This document shows, piece after piece, positions 39,430-49,816 of a DNA stretch of 64,000 bases (position 1 is its first letter; each line of letters begins with the position of its first letter). The stretch is from an uncultured delta proteobacterium (GTDB lineage Bacteria; Desulfobacterota; Binatia; Binatales; Binataceae), in the NCBI GenBank assembly GCA_963765675.1, contig CAVXXK010000003.1, positions 128,001-192,000 of the forward strand, given 5' to 3'. The notes under the pieces were generated by a model. It did not search any database. It had not been told where the DNA came from and saw only the letters and a list, made by a program, of their open reading frames with translations. Made by a program: the position numbers and the translations under genes.

Positions 39430-40995
39430 TTAATTGCGCCGCTCCCACCACACCGCAATTCCCAGGATCAACAGCATCTCCGGCAACAGCAGCACCGAGA
39501 ATGCGAACACGATGCTGAACTGATCGACCGTCAGCCGGAACCGCGACGCGCGCAGCGAGCGCGGCCGGATCGAGATCGAGTTTTCCTCGCCCGCCAGCCA
39601 ATCCGCGCTGTTCACGAAAAAATCGCGGTTGAAAAAATTCGTGATGTGCTGGTTGTTGATAAAATCGGTGCTGCCGAACACCACCATCCGCGCCTCGCCC
39701 TTGCCCCATCCGAGCTGCGCGAGGTCTCCTTGCACCGCGGCGGCAACCGTAATCGGTCCGCGCGTATCCTTGGCGTCGAGCGAGGCCTTCTGCTGCTCGA
39801 ACAGCGTCTTCAAATCGGTCTCGGCCCACGAGGTATCGCTGGTCTTGCCGAGCGCGGTGACTTGCAGACCCGGCTTCAGGTTCGGTTCGATCGTCAGCGA
39901 GCGCGACATCGAGAACACCGTGCGCTGCTTGAAATCCTTGGTTATAGGATGCACGCCGTAGTCCTGCACGATCGGATCGAGTCCGAGGGCCGGCCCCGCG
40001 AACAGGCGCACGACCTGATCGACCACGATATCGTCGCCGACCGTCACACCCCACTGCCCCACCATCGAGACCAGCGCGTGTTCATCGACCGATCCGTCAG
40101 GCTTTTCCGGCCGGAACATCGCGATCACGCGGCCGCCATTCTTCAGATAGTCGTTCAGCGAGTCGATCTCGTGCGAGTCGAGCGGCTTCTCAGGACCCGC
40201 GATGGCAACCATCGTCGCGTCAGCCGGAACCTTGGGCGCCTGCGCGAGCACCAGCTTTTCAACCTCAAACCCTTCCCCCTCAAGGTCGGTCTTGAGCTGG
40301 CCGTATCCGGTCGGGTCCTGCGCGTCATCAGTATCGGCTTCGCCCTCGCCGTCAAGAAAGTAGATGACCTTCTTGGTGCTCTTGGTGACGCGGATGATCG
40401 CGTTGGTGAGCGCTTCCTCGCTGAGCTCGGTCACGTTGGAGCCGGCGCCTTTTTCGTCGTCGCCGTACTGGATATGAGTCGTGTTCATGACCGTGACTTT
40501 GTATTTCTCGGCGAGTTCCGGATGCTTGTCGGGATCGACGAGCTGGTAGGTGACCTTGGGCGACGCGTACGCATAGGTCGAGTACAACTCACGCGCCTGC
40601 GCGTTCTCGCCGCCGGCGAAGAAGCCGATCAGTTTCAGCGGCTGCTTGAGGTTCTTGACCGCCTGGGTCGATTGCGATGACAGGCTGTAAACTTTCTCGG
40701 CGGTCAGATCGAGCCGCCGATGATGCAGCGTCGAGATGTAGTTGACCGCGATCACGATACAGACGAATGCGACGGTGTACACCGCCGCGTTGGCGCCGTA
40801 ACGCGCCGAGCGCTGCCCGACCAAGCCCGACAACGCCGAGCGGCTCGAGGTGATCCATAGCACCAGCGCGAAGATGCCGCCGACCAGGTTGACCCACACG
40901 AAGAGCCGGAACCCGGGCGCGATCCGCAGATCGATCAACCCGAAAATGATCAGGACCAGTCCTATAAGTCCGTACAGTGCCGCCGACCGCCGCAT
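39430..40995 (-). CDS. GldG-like ABC auxiliary component
   Basis: DLT.EKVYSLS.QS, VDPD..P, E..LTNAI, YFL.G.GE, N.DFF.N..DWL. Confidence 0.85.
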   Translation of the reverse strand: MRRSAALYGLIGLVLIIFGLIDLRIAPGFRLFVWVNLVGGIFALVLWITSSRSALSGLVGQRSARYGANAAVYTVAFVCIVIAVNYISTLHHRRLDLTAEKVYSLSSQSTQAVKNLKQPLKLIGFFAGGENAQARELYSTYAYASPKVTYQLVDPDKHPELAEKYKVTVMNTTHIQYGDDEKGAGSNVTELSEEALTNAIIRVTKSTKKVIYFLDGEGEADTDDAQDPTGYGQLKTDLEGEGFEVEKLVLAQAPKVPADATMVAIAGPEKPLDSHEIDSLNDYLKNGGRVIAMFRPEKPDGSVDEHALVSMVGQWGVTVGDDIVVDQVVRLFAGPALGLDPIVQDYGVHPITKDFKQRTVFSMSRSLTIEPNLKPGLQVTALGKTSDTSWAETDLKTLFEQQKASLDAKDTRGPITVAAAVQGDLAQLGWGKGEARMVVFGSTDFINNQHITNFFNRDFFVNSADWLAGEENSISIRPRSLRASRFRLTVDQFSIVFAFSVLLLPEMLLILGIAVWWERRN

Positions 40996-41012
40996 CCCGT
41001 CTCCCCTTTCCC

Positions 41013-41789
41013 TTAACGCCAGCGCGCCGACTCAACCGCACGCTGGGTCAGGAACAGCGCGACGATGATGAGGCTTAAGAAATATACCAGGTCCTTGGTG
41101 TCGATCACTCCGATGACCATCTGCGAGAAATGCTCGGTGACCGAAAGATAACGCAGCACTCCCGCCGACCATCCCGCCGCTCCGGTCTGCGCCGGCCACG
41201 AGATCACGAACAGCAGGAGCAGCGAGCCGAATCCGGCAATCGCGGCAACGATCTGATTCTGGGTGATCGAGCTGGTGAAGAGGCCCACCGCCGCGAACGA
41301 GATCGCCAGCAGCGCGAGCCCGATATATCCCGAAACCATCACGCCGATTTCCGGATTGCCGAAGCCGATCAGAATCAGTGGAAAGATTCCCGCAAGTCCG
41401 ATCATGATGAGCAAAAAGGCCGACGCCGCGATAAACTTGCCCGCGACGATCTCGCCGGTGCGAATCGGCGCGGTGAGCAGGAGCTCGTAGGTGCCGACGC
41501 GCTTTTCCTCCGCGAACGTGCGCATCGTGACCGCCGGAACCAGGATCACCAGGATAATCGAAAGGTTGTGCAATAGCGGCTCGATCACGCGATCGTTGAG
41601 ATTCAGATGCGCCAGCAGCTCCGGATTCTGCGCCGCCGAGTACATCTGGAGGGTTATCTGGAAATAACTCAGCAACTCGAAGAAAAAGAATCCCCCGAGC
41701 AGCAGAAACACCGTCATCACCACGTAGGCAACGGGCTGTACGAAATACTGGGCCAGCTCCTTGCCTGCGATCGTCAGAGCATTCTTCAT
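41013..41789 (-). CDS. GldF-like ABC-2 permease
   Basis: KEL..YF..P.AY, TMR.FAEEKR.GT.ELL.T.P. Confidence 0.88.
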   Translation of the reverse strand: MKNALTIAGKELAQYFVQPVAYVVMTVFLLLGGFFFFELLSYFQITLQMYSAAQNPELLAHLNLNDRVIEPLLHNLSIILVILVPAVTMRTFAEEKRVGTYELLLTAPIRTGEIVAGKFIAASAFLLIMIGLAGIFPLILIGFGNPEIGVMVSGYIGLALLAISFAAVGLFTSSITQNQIVAAIAGFGSLLLLFVISWPAQTGAAGWSAGVLRYLSVTEHFSQMVIGVIDTKDLVYFLSLIIVALFLTQRAVESARWR

Positions 41790-41807
41790 CGTCCAATCGC
41801 GAGCGCC

Positions 41808-42575
41808 TTACGCGCGCCCCGCTCCCACTTCCTCCAGCGCCTCCTCGTCTTCGGCGCGCGCGGAATGACGTTCCTTCGAAATCGCCTCCAGGAAGACCTG
41901 CTCGAGCGAAGTGCCCGCGGGAATCTCGCTGAGCTTTTCCTCCAGCACCACTTGCCCGTCGGCGATTATCACCACCCGGTCGCAGATCTGCGAGACCTCG
42001 GGCAGGATATGGGTCGAGAGCACCACCGTGCGCTCGCCCGAAAGCGTCTTGATAAGTCCGCGGATCTCGTGAATCTGGCGCGGATCGAGTCCTATCGTCG
42101 GCTCGTCGAGCACCAGCACCGGGGGATCGTGAATTAGCGCCTGCGCAAGGCCGACCCGCTGCCGATATCCTTTCGATAGCTGCCCGCAGATACGCCCGCG
42201 CATCTCCGCCAGCCCACAGACCTCGAGTGCATGGTCGAGCGCGGCTTCCATCTTCGAGCGCGCAACCCCGCGCAACTTCGCGACGAAACGCAGGTACGGT
42301 TCGACGCGCATATCGGTATAGAGCGGAGGATTCTCCGGCAGGTATCCGATCCGGCGCCGCGCCTCGAGCGACTCGGAAAAAATGTCCAGGCCGTCGATCA
42401 GGACGGTACCCGCGCTGGCCGGCATATAGCCGGTGATGATCCTCATGGTGGTGGTTTTGCCCGCGCCGTTGGGGCCCAGGAAACCGAGGATCGAGCCGCG
42501 CTCAGCCTTGAAGCTGACGTTTTTGATCGCGGTGAAATTACCGTAGAGCTTGGTTAGGTTCTTGACCTCAATCAT
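41808..42575 (-). CDS. GldA-like ABC ATPase
   Basis: GPNGAGKTT, LSKGYRQR, LDEPT.GLDP. Confidence 0.92.
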   Translation of the reverse strand: MIEVKNLTKLYGNFTAIKNVSFKAERGSILGFLGPNGAGKTTTMRIITGYMPASAGTVLIDGLDIFSESLEARRRIGYLPENPPLYTDMRVEPYLRFVAKLRGVARSKMEAALDHALEVCGLAEMRGRICGQLSKGYRQRVGLAQALIHDPPVLVLDEPTIGLDPRQIHEIRGLIKTLSGERTVVLSTHILPEVSQICDRVVIIADGQVVLEEKLSEIPAGTSLEQVFLEAISKERHSARAEDEEALEEVGAGRA

Positions 42576-42754
42576 TCCAGTCGCTCGCCGCCGCCCGGCT
42601 TGCCCAGTGGCGGCTATCCAATCCTCCAGGTGTTATTGACGACGCCATGGTCTAATGAATTCACATGAAGCACGAGACAACCGAATAGTTAAATCTCCGC
42701 AGCCCATAGAGTCAATACGATGCTGCGAGATTGGCGGCAGGTCGGTTGGCGTCG

Positions 42755-42820
42755 CTCGGGAACGCCGATCTCCCGATCGGCGTCTGTCCGCACGCCAATC
42801 GGGAGATTGGCGTTCCCGGG
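42755..42820. repeat. REP-like double hairpin (copy of 21305-21370)
   Basis: GGGAACGCCGATCTCCCGATCGGCG...CGCCAATCGGGAGATTGGCGTTCCCGGG. Confidence 0.88.
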
Positions 42821-42929
42821 CGTATCGCGAGAAAAACGACACGACCTTTTTGGAGGGGGTCATCGCTCAGGCCGATCTTCAGACTTCGCAAAACCCTTGG
42901 GACACAGGCGTTTAACGCCATTTGCACGC

Positions 42930-43348
42930 TGCGCCGCTTCCCTAACGATCGTTCGGGTTTTTGCCAGATTTGTTCATGGCTGAACTGTTCAGCCTTATGC
43001 TCAAATTCACTTCATGCGAAAATGTTTCCGTGGAAACACACCGCACACACGATCCGGAAGCAGAGCAGCACCCTCATCCGGCGCTGCGCGCCACCCTTCG
43101 ACAGGCTCAGGGCAGGCTCTTCTGCCGGAGGGAGAATGATCAGAAAATGCCCGAATGCCTTCTCCCTCCGGGAGAAGGTGCCCGAAGGGCGGATGAGGGT
43201 GCTGCTCTGCGACGTTCCCCGCCTCGAACCGCCCAAAATTCGATGACCGAAAAAGCTGCCGAAACGAACCCAGTGTCGCGAATTCGGCAGCATTTTCAAG
43301 GAGTTTATTTTTTAAGCCAATAGAAAAGATACCAAACGAACCCACCGC
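42930..43348 (-). repeat. Element X copy 2, interrupted by a nested CCCTCATCC palindrome (43060-43210)
   Basis: Both ends align with 7222-7530; insert bounded by a 21-bp perfect inverted repeat GCAGAGCAGCACCCTCATCCG. Confidence 0.8.
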
Positions 43349-43545
43349 AATTGACCGAACTCAAAAAATCCAGGGCATAGTCTTGTCCGGAATACGGCGC
43401 GGCGCGCACCACGGACCTCGACAATCGATCGCCTCGAAACCGCCAGTCGCTCACCGATGCCGCGAAGGAAAAAGAAATCCACAATTGATATTTCGTCCGC
43501 GTGGCGCGCTGTTGCTTCGCCTCTCGCATCGGGTAGTTTCATGCC

Positions 43546-46149
43546 ATGGCGGATGCGAAGCGCGAGCTGATTCTGGTTGACGGTTCCGGGTATATCTTCC
43601 GCGCCTTCTTCGCGCTGCCGCAGCTCAATAACTCGCGCGGGATGCCGACCAACGCGGTCTACGGCTTTATCCGGATGCTGGTGAAGCTCTTGAAAGACGC
43701 GCGCCCCTCGCATGTCGCCGTGGTCTTCGACGCTCCGGGCAAGACCTTCCGCGATGACCTCTTCGCCGACTACAAGGCCAACCGCTCCGAGACTCCGAAC
43801 GATCTCCGGAGCCAGATTCCGTATATCCATCGCGCCGTCGACGCGATGCGGATCAAGAAAATCGTGATCGACGGCTACGAGGCCGACGACGTAATCGGCA
43901 CTCTGGCCGCGCGCGCCGCCAAACAGCGCATCGAGACCGTGCTGGTCACGGCGGACAAGGACTTCATGCAACTGGTCGGTCCGCACGTGACGTTGTGGGA
44001 CACGATGCGCGATCGGCGGATCACGGCGCGCGAGATCAAGGAACGCTTCGGCGTCGAGCCGCGCGCGCTGGTCGATATCCAGGCGCTCACCGGCGACACG
44101 ATCGACAACATCAAGGGCGTGCCCGGAATCGGCGAGAAAACCGCCTCGGCGCTGATCCAGAAATTTGGCAGTCTGGATAATCTTTATCAGCATCTCGACG
44201 AGGTCGAGCAAACCGGGATTCGCGGCGCGAAAAAAGTGATGGAGCTGCTGCGGACGCATCGCGCCGACGCCGAGCTCGCGCGCAAGCTCGTCCGTATCGA
44301 CACCGACGTGCCGCTCGAGGTCGGACCCAACGATTTCGAATGGAAAGGAATCGACGAACCCGCCGCCGCCGAGCTGATGCGCGAGCTCGAGTTTCACTCG
44401 ATGCTGGCGGAGCTGGCGCCGAGCCAGGCCGAGCTGCCGATGGGTCCCGCGGTGGCGCAGTCGCAGGCGAGCCACGCCGATATCGCCACGATAGTCGCGA
44501 GGTTCAAATCCGCGGAACGAATCGCGATCGATCTGGCGGCAGACGCGGCCGGCAGCGAGCGGCTGTCGGTTCGCGCGATCGAAGAATCAAAGCCGGGCGA
44601 GTCTTTCGTCATCGACCGTGAGCTTATCGGCCAGATGGCGGAAATTCTTTCCGCGCCGGCGCCGCTTAAGGCGTGTCACGATTTCAAGACCCACATCACC
44701 CGCCTGGCCAAGCTCGGAATCGAGCTGCGCGGCGTCGATTTCGACACGATGATTGCGGGCTTTCTGGTGAATTCCGGACGCCCGGAACCGTCGCTCGACG
44801 ATCTGTATCATGAGCATCTTGCGCCGCTCGGACCGCGCGCCGAGTCGCACGCGCGCACCGACATTATCGCGGCGCTGTATCCTCTGTTGGCGACCAGGAT
44901 GCGCGACGCCAGGCTGGAGGCGCTATTCAACGATATCGAGATGCCCGTCGCGCCGATCCTGGCCGAGATGGAAACGGCGGGAATCGGAATCGACGCCGAC
45001 GCGCTAAAGAAAATCGGCGACGAGTTCGGCGAGCAGTTAAAACGCCTCGAGCGCGAATGCTATGAGCTCGCGGGCCGCGAGATCAATCTGAACTCGCCGA
45101 TTCAGTTGCGCGACGTACTGTTCACCACGCTCAAGCTCCCGACCAAAGGACTCAAGAAAACCAAGAGCGGATTTTCCACCGACGCCGACACCCTCGAGAA
45201 GCTCGCGACGACCCATCCGATGCCGGCCAAGCTGCTCGAATATCGCTCGATCGCGAAATTAAAATCGACCTACGCCGACGCGCTCGGCGGACTGATCGAT
45301 CCCGCCGACGGCCGTCTGCATACTACGTTTCATCAGGCAGTCGCCGCGACCGGCCGCTTAAGCTCCAGCGACCCGAACCTGCAGAATATCCCGACCCGCA
45401 GCGAAGAGGGGCGCCGAATCCGCCGCGCCTTCGTCGCGCGCGAGGGCTTTATCCTGCTGTCGGCCGACTACTCGCAGATCGATCTGCGCGTGCTGGCGCA
45501 TCTGTCCGAGGACCCGACCCTGGTCGACGCCTTCCAGCGCGGCGAAGATATTCACGCGCGCACCGCAACCGAGCTGCTCGGAGTCGGCGCGGGCCAGGTT
45601 GACGCCGACGCGCGCCGCGTCGCCAAGACGATCAACTTCGGCCTCATCTATGGGATGGGACCGCAACGGCTGGCCGCGCAGCTCGGGATTCCTCTGGCCG
45701 CCGCGCAGGACTATATCAAGCGCTACTTCGAGCGATTACCGCGCGTGCGCCAGTATTTCGAGGAGGCATTGACGCGCGCGCGCGCCGACGGCTTCGTTAC
45801 CACGATGTACGGGCGCAGGCGCTACCTGCCGGAACTGTCGGCCGCTCCCGGAGGGGCCAGGGCGCAGGCCGAAAGGATCGCCATAAATACGCCTATTCAG
45901 GGAACCGCGGCGGACTTGATTAAGCTCGCGATGATCAGGCTACATAGCCAGATTCGCCGCACCGGGATGCAAGCCATCCTCGTGATGCAGGTGCATGACG
46001 AGTTGCTTCTCGAAGTGCGAAAAGACGCCCTTCAGCAGGTCGCGCAGGCCGCCAGGGCGGAGATGGAAGGCGTCGCAGAGATGCGGGTGCCACTGAAGGC
46101 AGACCTCAAATGGGGCCCGAACTGGGCCGAAATGGGCTGGGGGAAATGA
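43546..46149 (+). CDS. polA: DNA polymerase I
   Basis: LVDGS..FRAFFA, PTNA, TGRLSS.DPNLQNIP, ADYSQIDLR, QVHDEL. Confidence 0.97.
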   Translation: MADAKRELILVDGSGYIFRAFFALPQLNNSRGMPTNAVYGFIRMLVKLLKDARPSHVAVVFDAPGKTFRDDLFADYKANRSETPNDLRSQIPYIHRAVDAMRIKKIVIDGYEADDVIGTLAARAAKQRIETVLVTADKDFMQLVGPHVTLWDTMRDRRITAREIKERFGVEPRALVDIQALTGDTIDNIKGVPGIGEKTASALIQKFGSLDNLYQHLDEVEQTGIRGAKKVMELLRTHRADAELARKLVRIDTDVPLEVGPNDFEWKGIDEPAAAELMRELEFHSMLAELAPSQAELPMGPAVAQSQASHADIATIVARFKSAERIAIDLAADAAGSERLSVRAIEESKPGESFVIDRELIGQMAEILSAPAPLKACHDFKTHITRLAKLGIELRGVDFDTMIAGFLVNSGRPEPSLDDLYHEHLAPLGPRAESHARTDIIAALYPLLATRMRDARLEALFNDIEMPVAPILAEMETAGIGIDADALKKIGDEFGEQLKRLERECYELAGREINLNSPIQLRDVLFTTLKLPTKGLKKTKSGFSTDADTLEKLATTHPMPAKLLEYRSIAKLKSTYADALGGLIDPADGRLHTTFHQAVAATGRLSSSDPNLQNIPTRSEEGRRIRRAFVAREGFILLSADYSQIDLRVLAHLSEDPTLVDAFQRGEDIHARTATELLGVGAGQVDADARRVAKTINFGLIYGMGPQRLAAQLGIPLAAAQDYIKRYFERLPRVRQYFEEALTRARADGFVTTMYGRRRYLPELSAAPGGARAQAERIAINTPIQGTAADLIKLAMIRLHSQIRRTGMQAILVMQVHDELLLEVRKDALQQVAQAARAEMEGVAEMRVPLKADLKWGPNWAEMGWGK

Positions 46150-46191
46150 AAATCTGGCTGAATTTCGACACCCTGACCCGCGTCTAAGGAA

Positions 46192-46770
46192 TTGGGAACC
46201 CCAGGGCGCCAGGACGGCGACGAAGCCGAACTTATCGAACGGGCGAGGAAGGGCGACAAGGAAGCCTTCGGAGTCCTGGTCGAGCGTTACCAGCGCAGGG
46301 TCGCAAATGTAGCGCTGTCGGTGGTTCACAATCAGGACGATGCAATCGAACTCGCACAGGAAACCTTTGTTCGCGCCTACGAAAATCTGTCGAAGTTCGA
46401 ATCGCGCTCGAGCTTCTCGACCTGGCTCTACCGGATCGCCGCCAATCTTGCGATCGATTTCTGGCGGCGCGAAGGCCGCCACGTCGTCCTGCGCGGCGAG
46501 GATGCCGAAAATGAGATTCGCCGGCTGCCAAGCGACAGCGGCGATTCGTTCAAAACCGCCAGCCGCAAAGAACTCTCGGCCCGCCTTACCGCGGCGCTCG
46601 AGGAGTTGACGCCGGAACATCGCACCGTGATACTTTTACGCGAGGTGGAAGGATTATCCTACGACGAGATCAGCGAGACGCTGCAATGTCCTCGCGGCAC
46701 GGTGATGAGCCGGCTGCATTATGCGCGCAACCGCCTGCGCGTCTTGTTGAAGGATCTTCCGGAGCGTTGA
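46192..46770 (+). CDS. ECF sigma factor (RpoE-like)
   Basis: D..AF..LV.RY, SFSTWLYRIA.N, GLSYDEI...L.CP.GTVMSRL..AR. Confidence 0.92.
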   Translation: MGTPGRQDGDEAELIERARKGDKEAFGVLVERYQRRVANVALSVVHNQDDAIELAQETFVRAYENLSKFESRSSFSTWLYRIAANLAIDFWRREGRHVVLRGEDAENEIRRLPSDSGDSFKTASRKELSARLTAALEELTPEHRTVILLREVEGLSYDEISETLQCPRGTVMSRLHYARNRLRVLLKDLPER

Positions 46771-46776
46771 GTTACG

Positions 46777-47355
46777 ATGGCTGAATGCAATCAAATTAGC
46801 CTGATGCTGGGTGCGTTCGAGGACCAGGCCCTCGAGCCCAACGAATATCAGGAAGTCGCCTACCATCTGGCGCGATGCGATAACTGCACCGCCGAGCTGG
46901 CCGACTACGCCACGATCGGCCGCGAGCTGCGCACCTTGTTTGAGGAACCTTCGCTCGACGGCTTCAAAGCTTCCGTGATGCGCCGGATCGACCGCATCCC
47001 GGTGCCGCTCGGCGTCCGGATTTCGCGATGGTTCAGCCGCGCGGGAGAGCAGCTTTCAACCGGGTTCGCGTTGGCAGCTGGCGCCGCAGTAGCCGCCGTG
47101 CTCACGGCGATTCTGGCCACTCCTTTTTTCGCGCGCACGTTGCATCACCCCGCATACGACGTGGCCTCGCTCGAGCACGCCGCAGTGAGCGCGCCCGCGG
47201 CGGTAGCGTCGGTCGCAGGCCCTGCCGATCTCGCCGATGTTGCGGACGACTCGCACGCCGTTATCTCCCGCCTCGAGTCAGAGATTCCTTCCGTTGCGGT
47301 CTGGAGCGAACCCAAGACCGACACGACTGTGATCTGGCTACCAGACCAACCATAA
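46777..47355 (+). CDS. Zinc-binding anti-sigma factor with one TM segment
   Basis: HLARCDNC (HxxxCxxC) followed by a hydrophobic segment. Confidence 0.85.
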   Translation: MAECNQISLMLGAFEDQALEPNEYQEVAYHLARCDNCTAELADYATIGRELRTLFEEPSLDGFKASVMRRIDRIPVPLGVRISRWFSRAGEQLSTGFALAAGAAVAAVLTAILATPFFARTLHHPAYDVASLEHAAVSAPAAVASVAGPADLADVADDSHAVISRLESEIPSVAVWSEPKTDTTVIWLPDQP

Positions 47356-47363
47356 GGCTATTG

Positions 47364-47897
47364 ATGCTGACGAGCCCGCGAAGTCTTAGCCTGCTCATCG
47401 TCGTAGTCGTAGCGATGGGGGCCCAAGGGGCGCTCGCCCAATCGACGCATCCGGAGCGAACCGTGACCGTGCGAGTAAACTCCGTGCTCGCAGCTGAGAC
47501 CAACGAAGGCGTCGATCCGCGTTTGCAATCGATGGGCCCGCGCCTGCAAGCCTTGTTCAGCTACAGCACCTATCGCCTGGTGAGCGATCAAGCCGGACAG
47601 ACGCAATGCGGCAAGATGATCGCGTTCCAACTTCCGGGCGGACGAATCCTGCACGTGCAGCCACGAGAAGTTGACGGCGACATGATCGCGATGGAGATAG
47701 TCCTGTTCCAGGGCCCGCGCCCGCTCATGACGACTGACTTGAAGCTCAAGAACAACGGCATCCTGATTGTCGGCGGTCCGCGCTACGAACAGGGGATGCT
47801 GATAATCTCGATCGGCGCGAGCACCAGCGTCCCGCCGATGCACTCGCATCAACCGCCGCCCTCACCCGACTCCGAAGAAGCCGCCCCCCAGGATTAA
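47364..47897 (+). CDS. Secreted hypothetical protein, third gene of the ECF operon
   Basis: Signal peptide (ALA); VDPRL..LF.YS.YRL..LIVGGP. Confidence 0.7.
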   Translation: MLTSPRSLSLLIVVVVAMGAQGALAQSTHPERTVTVRVNSVLAAETNEGVDPRLQSMGPRLQALFSYSTYRLVSDQAGQTQCGKMIAFQLPGGRILHVQPREVDGDMIAMEIVLFQGPRPLMTTDLKLKNNGILIVGGPRYEQGMLIISIGASTSVPPMHSHQPPPSPDSEEAAPQD

Positions 47898-47959
47898 GCT
47901 TAGTTCGCCCTTGGTTCAGCACTGGCCGGAAGGGGTCCAAGGGTTAGGTCGATCCGATT

Positions 47960-48322
47960 CGAGCGCAGAGCGACGCGGCGCGTCTGAAATACCCTCTCCC
48001 TCCGGGAGAGGGCGACGCGGCGCGATGCTTGCGTTTCTTTCGCACGCATCGTGTCGCGTGGGTGAGGGTGCTGCTCTGCGATTCATTTGCAATTGACGCT
48101 TCGCGTCGGCCGACGAGCCGTCGGCCACCACTGGAACTTGACCAAGCGCGCGGCGGCGAGCGCAGAGCGCCGCGGCGCGTCTGAAATACCCTTCTGGCGA
48201 TGCTTGCGATTTTTTCGCAAGCATCGTGACGCGTGGGTGAGGGTGCTGCTCTGCGATTCATTTGCGATTGACGCTTCGCGTCGGCCGACGAGCCGTCGGC
48301 CACCACTGGAACTTGACCAGGC
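47960..48322 (+). repeat. Tandem duplication of a composite palindromic element
   Basis: Units start at 47960 and 48157 and are nearly identical; unit 2 has a deletion in the CCCTCTCCC hairpin. Confidence 0.9.
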
Positions 48323-48448
48323 ACGCACTCGCGATTGCAATCTCGACCGTGGGCGTCCAGATTGTTTGAGACATGAAATCGCAGCAACAAATCGTCGTCG
48401 ATACCCGCCGCTCGCGGCAAACGCATACTCCGCGCGATCATCGTCACG

Positions 48449-49616
48449 ATGTCGCTGATCCTTCTCTCCTTGCTGACCGGCGGATTCGCCGATCGCGCGG
48501 CGGCCGCATCTGCAAAATCGCCAGAGCCGCAGACGATGTCCCCGATACTCCTGTCGATCCAACATGCTCCCATCCCGTTTGCCGGCTCCGATGGACACAC
48601 ACATCTGGTCTACGAGCTGTGGCTGACGAATTTCTCGAGCGGCGACGCCACCGTCGAGCAGGTACAGATCCTCGGCGATGGCCATCTTGTCGCAACCATG
48701 AACAAGGCGGACATCGCCGCTCGGCTGCAACCTGCAGGCCGGCGCGTCTCCATCGATAAGATGGCGTCAGGCAGCGTGGCATTGCTGTTCATCCACGTAA
48801 TTCTCCCGAGCGACGCCGCGATCCCGAAGTTGCTGAGCCATCGGGTCAAGGCGCGTTTCGATGCGGCCCCGCCAGGCCATCAGGAGTTGACCGCGACGCT
48901 CGACGGCACGCGTATCGATCGCCGGCGTGTCGCCGTGATCGGACCTCCGCTGAAGGGCGAGCGTTTCGTCTCGGCCGATTCGTGCTGCGACGCAACGCGG
49001 CACACGCGCGCCGCGCTGCCGATCGACGGCTCAGTCTGGGTCGCCCAACGCTACGCCGTGGATTGGGAGCAGCTCGACGATCATGACCGGATCTACAACG
49101 GTCCCAAGGAAAATCTTAAGAGCTACACGATATACGGCAAGCCGGTGCTGGCGGTGGCCGATGGCACCGTGGTCACCGCGATAAACGATCAGCCCGATGT
49201 GCCGCCCGGCAGCTTTCCGCCCGGAATGACCCCCGATCAGGCCGACGGCAACGCCGTGATTCTCGACCTCGGCAGCGGTAACTACGCGTTGTACGCGCAC
49301 ATGCAGCCCGGAAGCATCCGCGTAGCCGTCGGAGACAAGGTGACCCGCGGCCAGGTGCTTGGACTAGTCGGCAACTCCGGCAACACGCTCGCACCGCATC
49401 TGCATTTCCAGATGATGGATTCCCCGCGCTCGCTCGCATCCAACGGACTCCCCTATGAGATCGATCGCTACCAGATTACCGCGATCCACGCCCGGCACCG
49501 AGGCCTTCGATCAGGCTGAGGCCAACGGAACCCCGCTCGCGCTGACCCCCGTCTCACCGCCGCGTAACGTGACGGCGGCCCTACCGTTGGATCAGCTAAT
49601 CATCTCGCTCCCGTGA
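48449..49616 (+). pseudogene. M23-family metallopeptidase with a frameshift near 49487
   Basis: YAVD, V.AVADG.V, GN.V, YAHM, GNSGN...PHLHF; C-terminus TPGTEAFDQAEANG..LPLDQLIISLP* lies in the +1 frame. Confidence 0.8.
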
Positions 49617-49634
49617 TCCGCTGCTAACCTTCTG

Positions 49635-49787
49635 CCAGTGGTAGCCGACGGCCCGTCGGCCGACGCGAAGCGTCGCTTCTTGTGCGCGAATCGATCGCAG
49701 AGCAGCACCCTCACCCACGCGTCACGGCGATTGCTGAAAAGAAGCAATCGCCGCGCCGCGTCGCCCTCTCCCGGAGGGAGAGGGTAT
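49635..49787 (-). repeat. Inverted copy of the 47989-48134 composite element
   Basis: Reverse complement aligns across about 150 bp. Confidence 0.88.
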
Positions 49788-49816
49788 ATGCAGTGATCAC
49801 GGCGTGGGGCAAAGAG

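Noticed and set aside
37978-42575. Gliding motility system
   Set aside because: GldAFG-like ABC plus DUF4340 operons are widespread outside gliding bacteria; no other gld or T9SS genes are present
42669-42732. Hairpin AATCTCCGCAGC..GCTGCGAGATT upstream of the ABC operon as a riboswitch
   Set aside because: No recognisable aptamer motifs and only a single imperfect stem
47960-48322. CRISPR-like array
   Set aside because: Only two long units, no unique spacers and no cas genes
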